Origin: a virus
Direction: 5' to 3' (one strand)
Virus record (IMG/VR): IMGVR_UViG_3300045988_174823
Length of the DNA stretch: 64,000 nucleotides
The notes beneath the pieces were generated by a model, which worked only from the letters and a program-made list of their open reading frames with translations, had not been told where the DNA came from and ran no database searches. Shown piece after piece: positions 61,465 through 64,000 of the stretch. Every line of letters begins with the position of its first letter. The stretch's first letter is position 1. The position numbers and the translations under genes were made by a program.

Positions 61465-62682
61465 TTACAGGAGTTTATTGATTTCTGCGTTAGAAAACCT
61501 TGCCGCGAAGAAATTGCGAGCCAACATCAGGTAGTCCCACTTTTCTTCAACGGATACGGTCCCTGTGATACGGTCCATCAGCACAAAGCACGACTTCAGC
61601 AACGAATCACGGTCATCCTTATAGGCACCAATATTTCGCTTGTAGAAGACGTACACCTTCAACATCTGGTAAACTACCCAGAAATAGGTTGATTTCTCAA
61701 ATACGTAGTTCTCAAACCCGGCCTCGTCTTCCAAGATATTGCCTTTTGCGTATCGCACCGCCAAACGATTTATCATCTCTTCCATAAAGGCCGTTATTTC
61801 ACACAGGCGGTTTACCGGAACCTCCGATTCGAACTTAAAGTCCATCATATACGACATCGCTCCCTCGTAATACAAGCTGCGGCGCGTATTATTGGACACG
61901 AAAAGTTCGCTCATCTGCTCGGCGATATTATTCCATTCGTAGATATGGAGCGACTGCGAGTTGTGAGTCTGAACACCTAACTCTACCCCCAAGCAGAGGG
62001 ACATTACCTCCGTCAGGAACGAGAACTGAAAGATGTTCGTTGGTAAGCCCCAGTGGAGATCATTCGAACGGTTCTGGACCGTGGTAACGAGTTTCCCATC
62101 GCGGATTTTCAACATCACCATATCGTTACACGGCAAGTCCTTCGATTTCACGCCGAGGTCAAACTTAGGATTCCAAATCGACATCACAACCTGACGTGTT
62201 TCCGGGTCAGTGCTCAGCAGGCGAATGGCTTCCTTCACCTGATCCAGGCCCGGGTCCATCGACTCACCCTCGGACGAAATACCCCAATGACGCAAACGCC
62301 AGCCGTAGGGAGCGTGGAACGTAACGCCATTATCGGAAAAATCGACCATCTTGCCGTTGAAGATCTTCAGGAACTCGACGTCCTTACGGCCCGTAACTAT
62401 CCACATAGCTTCAGCCAGCAGGAAGAAGATGTTGATGTTGCGGGCATAGCCGCCTACACAGCGGCGATACGGGTTGTTGATTATTGTCTTGACATCGAGC
62501 AGTTCGCGTACCTTACCAGCACGAGAATCCTGAAGCGGGAGCGTCGTCATCATCGTGCGGTTGATATACGGATACACCTCGGCGAACGAACCGCGCGGAT
62601 CGGTAAATACCACACGCCGCCGATAGTCAAACTCAAAACGGCTAATGCCTGTTTCGGTCTGGGAAATTGATTCTTGCTTCAT
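61465..62682 (-). CDS. thymidylate synthase-family enzyme (ThyA or dUMP hydroxymethylase) with ~130-aa C-terminal extension
   Basis: Motifs TRQVVMSIWNPKFDL, DLPCNDMVMLKI, VQNRSNDLHWGLPTNIFQFSFL and SLHIYE. Confidence 0.8.
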   Translation of the reverse strand: MKQESISQTETGISRFEFDYRRRVVFTDPRGSFAEVYPYINRTMMTTLPLQDSRAGKVRELLDVKTIINNPYRRCVGGYARNINIFFLLAEAMWIVTGRKDVEFLKIFNGKMVDFSDNGVTFHAPYGWRLRHWGISSEGESMDPGLDQVKEAIRLLSTDPETRQVVMSIWNPKFDLGVKSKDLPCNDMVMLKIRDGKLVTTVQNRSNDLHWGLPTNIFQFSFLTEVMSLCLGVELGVQTHNSQSLHIYEWNNIAEQMSELFVSNNTRRSLYYEGAMSYMMDFKFESEVPVNRLCEITAFMEEMINRLAVRYAKGNILEDEAGFENYVFEKSTYFWVVYQMLKVYVFYKRNIGAYKDDRDSLLKSCFVLMDRITGTVSVEEKWDYLMLARNFFAARFSNAEINKLL

Positions 62683-62732
62683 ATCCTTAATACGGTTTTA
62701 TCTGGGGTAAATAACGTTGAAGACGGGTGGAC

Positions 62733-62758
62733 GAAAAACCCCGGCCGTCATGGCCGGG
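62733..62758 (-). terminator. Rho-independent terminator after ORF 62799-63839
   Basis: Perfect 8-bp stem CCCCGGCC/GGCCGGGG with a 5-nt loop, followed on the sense strand by TTTTT. Confidence 0.75.
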
Positions 62759-62798
62759 GCGGGTAATTTAGTAACCTATCATATCCTCCCTTCCGGGT

Positions 62799-63839
62799 TT
62801 ATTTCTTGGCGGCCTTGGCTTTCTTAGCGGCCGCCGCTTTCATGAGCGCAGCACGGGCCTTAGCTTTGGGATCCTCGGCGGGCTCATTTGCTTCAGCCTT
62901 GGGAGCAACTTTCTTCGTAGCGGGCGCGGGTTTCTTAGCGGCCGGAGCGGCGGCTTTATTGCCGGTTGCCTTCAGATCGGCCTCCATCTTTTCGCGGTTC
63001 TTACCCAGACGCGTATCGGCGGTAGAAACGGCCGACTTGATATCGTCGAGGTAGGTCTTTACAACCTCCATCGCGTCGTTCCAGGCGATACCCTTGAGCC
63101 AGGGCAGGTTGTTCCACGTCATGACGAAGTCAAGACCATCCTCGGCCAGCTTGTCCTGCGAAGCCTGACTGCGGAACGTATTCAGGACGACGTTGGTCGT
63201 AGTGAACTGGCCGTCTTTCGAGTACACGTTCTCGAACATGATGACCACCGGATGCGAGTTGGCGCCGCCGAACTTGATGGAGATACCCTGCGACACGGCG
63301 ACGTACTGGAACTCCTTTTCAGGGAAGAACTTGCTCAGTTCCTTGCGGAGCAGGTCGAGGTGCTCAGGGTTCGTCTGAGGCTTCAGACGAATACCCTTTT
63401 CGTCGTGCTTCGAAGGCTTTTTGGTGGTCTTAGTTTTCTTGGGCTCGGCCTCTTTCTTGGTGGCGGGTTTCTTAGCCTTGGGCTGCGGCTTGGATTCCTC
63501 AGGCTCGGGCTCTGCTTCCGGTTCAGCTGGAGCGGCCTCTTCAGCCTCCTGAGCAGCCTCTTCTTCCTCTTCGGCGGCTTCCTCAGCCAGCTCGTCGGCC
63601 TGCTGCTCGGCGGGCGTAGGTTCTTCAGCCGGAGCGGCCTCTTCAGCCGAATCGCTCTCCAGTTCGGCGAACGAACCGACGATGTCAATCAGGTTGTCAA
63701 TCGTCTCCTCGTCCATGCCGGGGATTCCAGCCTGCTCAAGACGCTCAATGAGGATCTTCTTTGCCTCATCCTCGGTATTGGCGGTAATACCGAGTTTCTT
63801 CAGCCGTTCGGCGTTCACTTTCGAAATTTTAGTTGCCAT
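62799..63839 (-). CDS. protein with acidic E/A/P linker and Lys/Ala-rich histone-H1-like tails
   Basis: 346 aa. AEEAAEEEEEAAQEAEEAAPAEPEAEPEPEE followed by KPQPKAKKPATKKEAEPKKTKTTKKPSK. C-terminus AAPAAKKPAPATKK...AAAAKKAKAAKK. Has its own terminator. Confidence 0.5.
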   Translation of the reverse strand: MATKISKVNAERLKKLGITANTEDEAKKILIERLEQAGIPGMDEETIDNLIDIVGSFAELESDSAEEAAPAEEPTPAEQQADELAEEAAEEEEEAAQEAEEAAPAEPEAEPEPEESKPQPKAKKPATKKEAEPKKTKTTKKPSKHDEKGIRLKPQTNPEHLDLLRKELSKFFPEKEFQYVAVSQGISIKFGGANSHPVVIMFENVYSKDGQFTTTNVVLNTFRSQASQDKLAEDGLDFVMTWNNLPWLKGIAWNDAMEVVKTYLDDIKSAVSTADTRLGKNREKMEADLKATGNKAAAPAAKKPAPATKKVAPKAEANEPAEDPKAKARAALMKAAAAKKAKAAKK

Positions 63840-63883
63840 GATTTTTGTACGTTTTAGTGAAACAATTTTTATTTATTCATCGT

Positions 63884-64000
63884 TTAATCGGTAATAATCG
63901 TATCTTGTTGGCGTATAATATAACGCTGACTTGTGATTTGCCAACAAGTAGGCTTGCTGTTCGGCAATAATTTGGTCAACAAGCGTACACGCGTCACTGA
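63884..64000 (-). CDS. hypothetical protein, C-terminal fragment (ORF enters from beyond the window)
   Basis: Open frame from 64000 to the TAA at 63886-63884 (…KLLPNSKPTCWQITSQRYIIRQQDTIITD*). Confidence 0.3.
   Translation of the reverse strand, partial: SVTRVRLLTKLLPNSKPTCWQITSQRYIIRQQDTIITD

Overview
The window reads as one stretch of a large tailed dsDNA phage (Caudoviricetes-type) genome. It holds about 85 tightly packed, often overlapping ORFs, and every credible one is on the minus strand. There is one tRNA, no rRNA and no CRISPR array.

In transcription order (high to low coordinate) the recognisable blocks are:
- Replication and nucleotide metabolism: a thymidylate-synthase-family enzyme, a DnaE-type polymerase split into two ORFs by a GIY-YIG homing-endonuclease gene, an HD 5'-nucleotidase-like protein, and RecA/UvsX-, Mre11/Rad50-, RuvC- and UvrD-like proteins.
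- A sigma-70-family factor, followed by a long run of small unknown genes.
- A terminator-bounded non-coding hub of about 0.69 kb (31955-32642). It contains Z-DNA-prone tracts, a perfect hairpin, a C-free G-run polypurine tract and an iteron-like array.
- HU, tRNA-Gln(UUG) next to structured non-coding sequence, and a DEDDh exonuclease.
- Packaging and morphogenesis genes: an intein-containing large terminase, a portal, an intein-containing MuF-like protein and a large kinase/ART-like putative ejected protein. Candidate modification enzymes are interleaved with these: two GT-A-like glycosyltransferases, a dUTPase, a di-iron protein, an aGPT-Pplase-like protein, a radical SAM/SPASM protein and an LmbE-like protein.

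The most interesting hypotheses are:
- a dispersed, non-canonical thymidine (5-hmdU-type) DNA hypermodification or glycosylation toolkit;
- the non-B-DNA/iteron hub, which shares sequence words with a four-copy promoter-like repeat;
- a genes-in-pieces DnaE;
- an intein carrying a PD-(D/E)XK-type nuclease.

Missing Shine-Dalgarno sequences, A-rich leaders and TAnnTT(T/C)G boxes suggest a Bacteroidota host, which is inference only. All functional calls are motif-level readings by eye. No database search or folding was run, so families and boundaries need confirmation.
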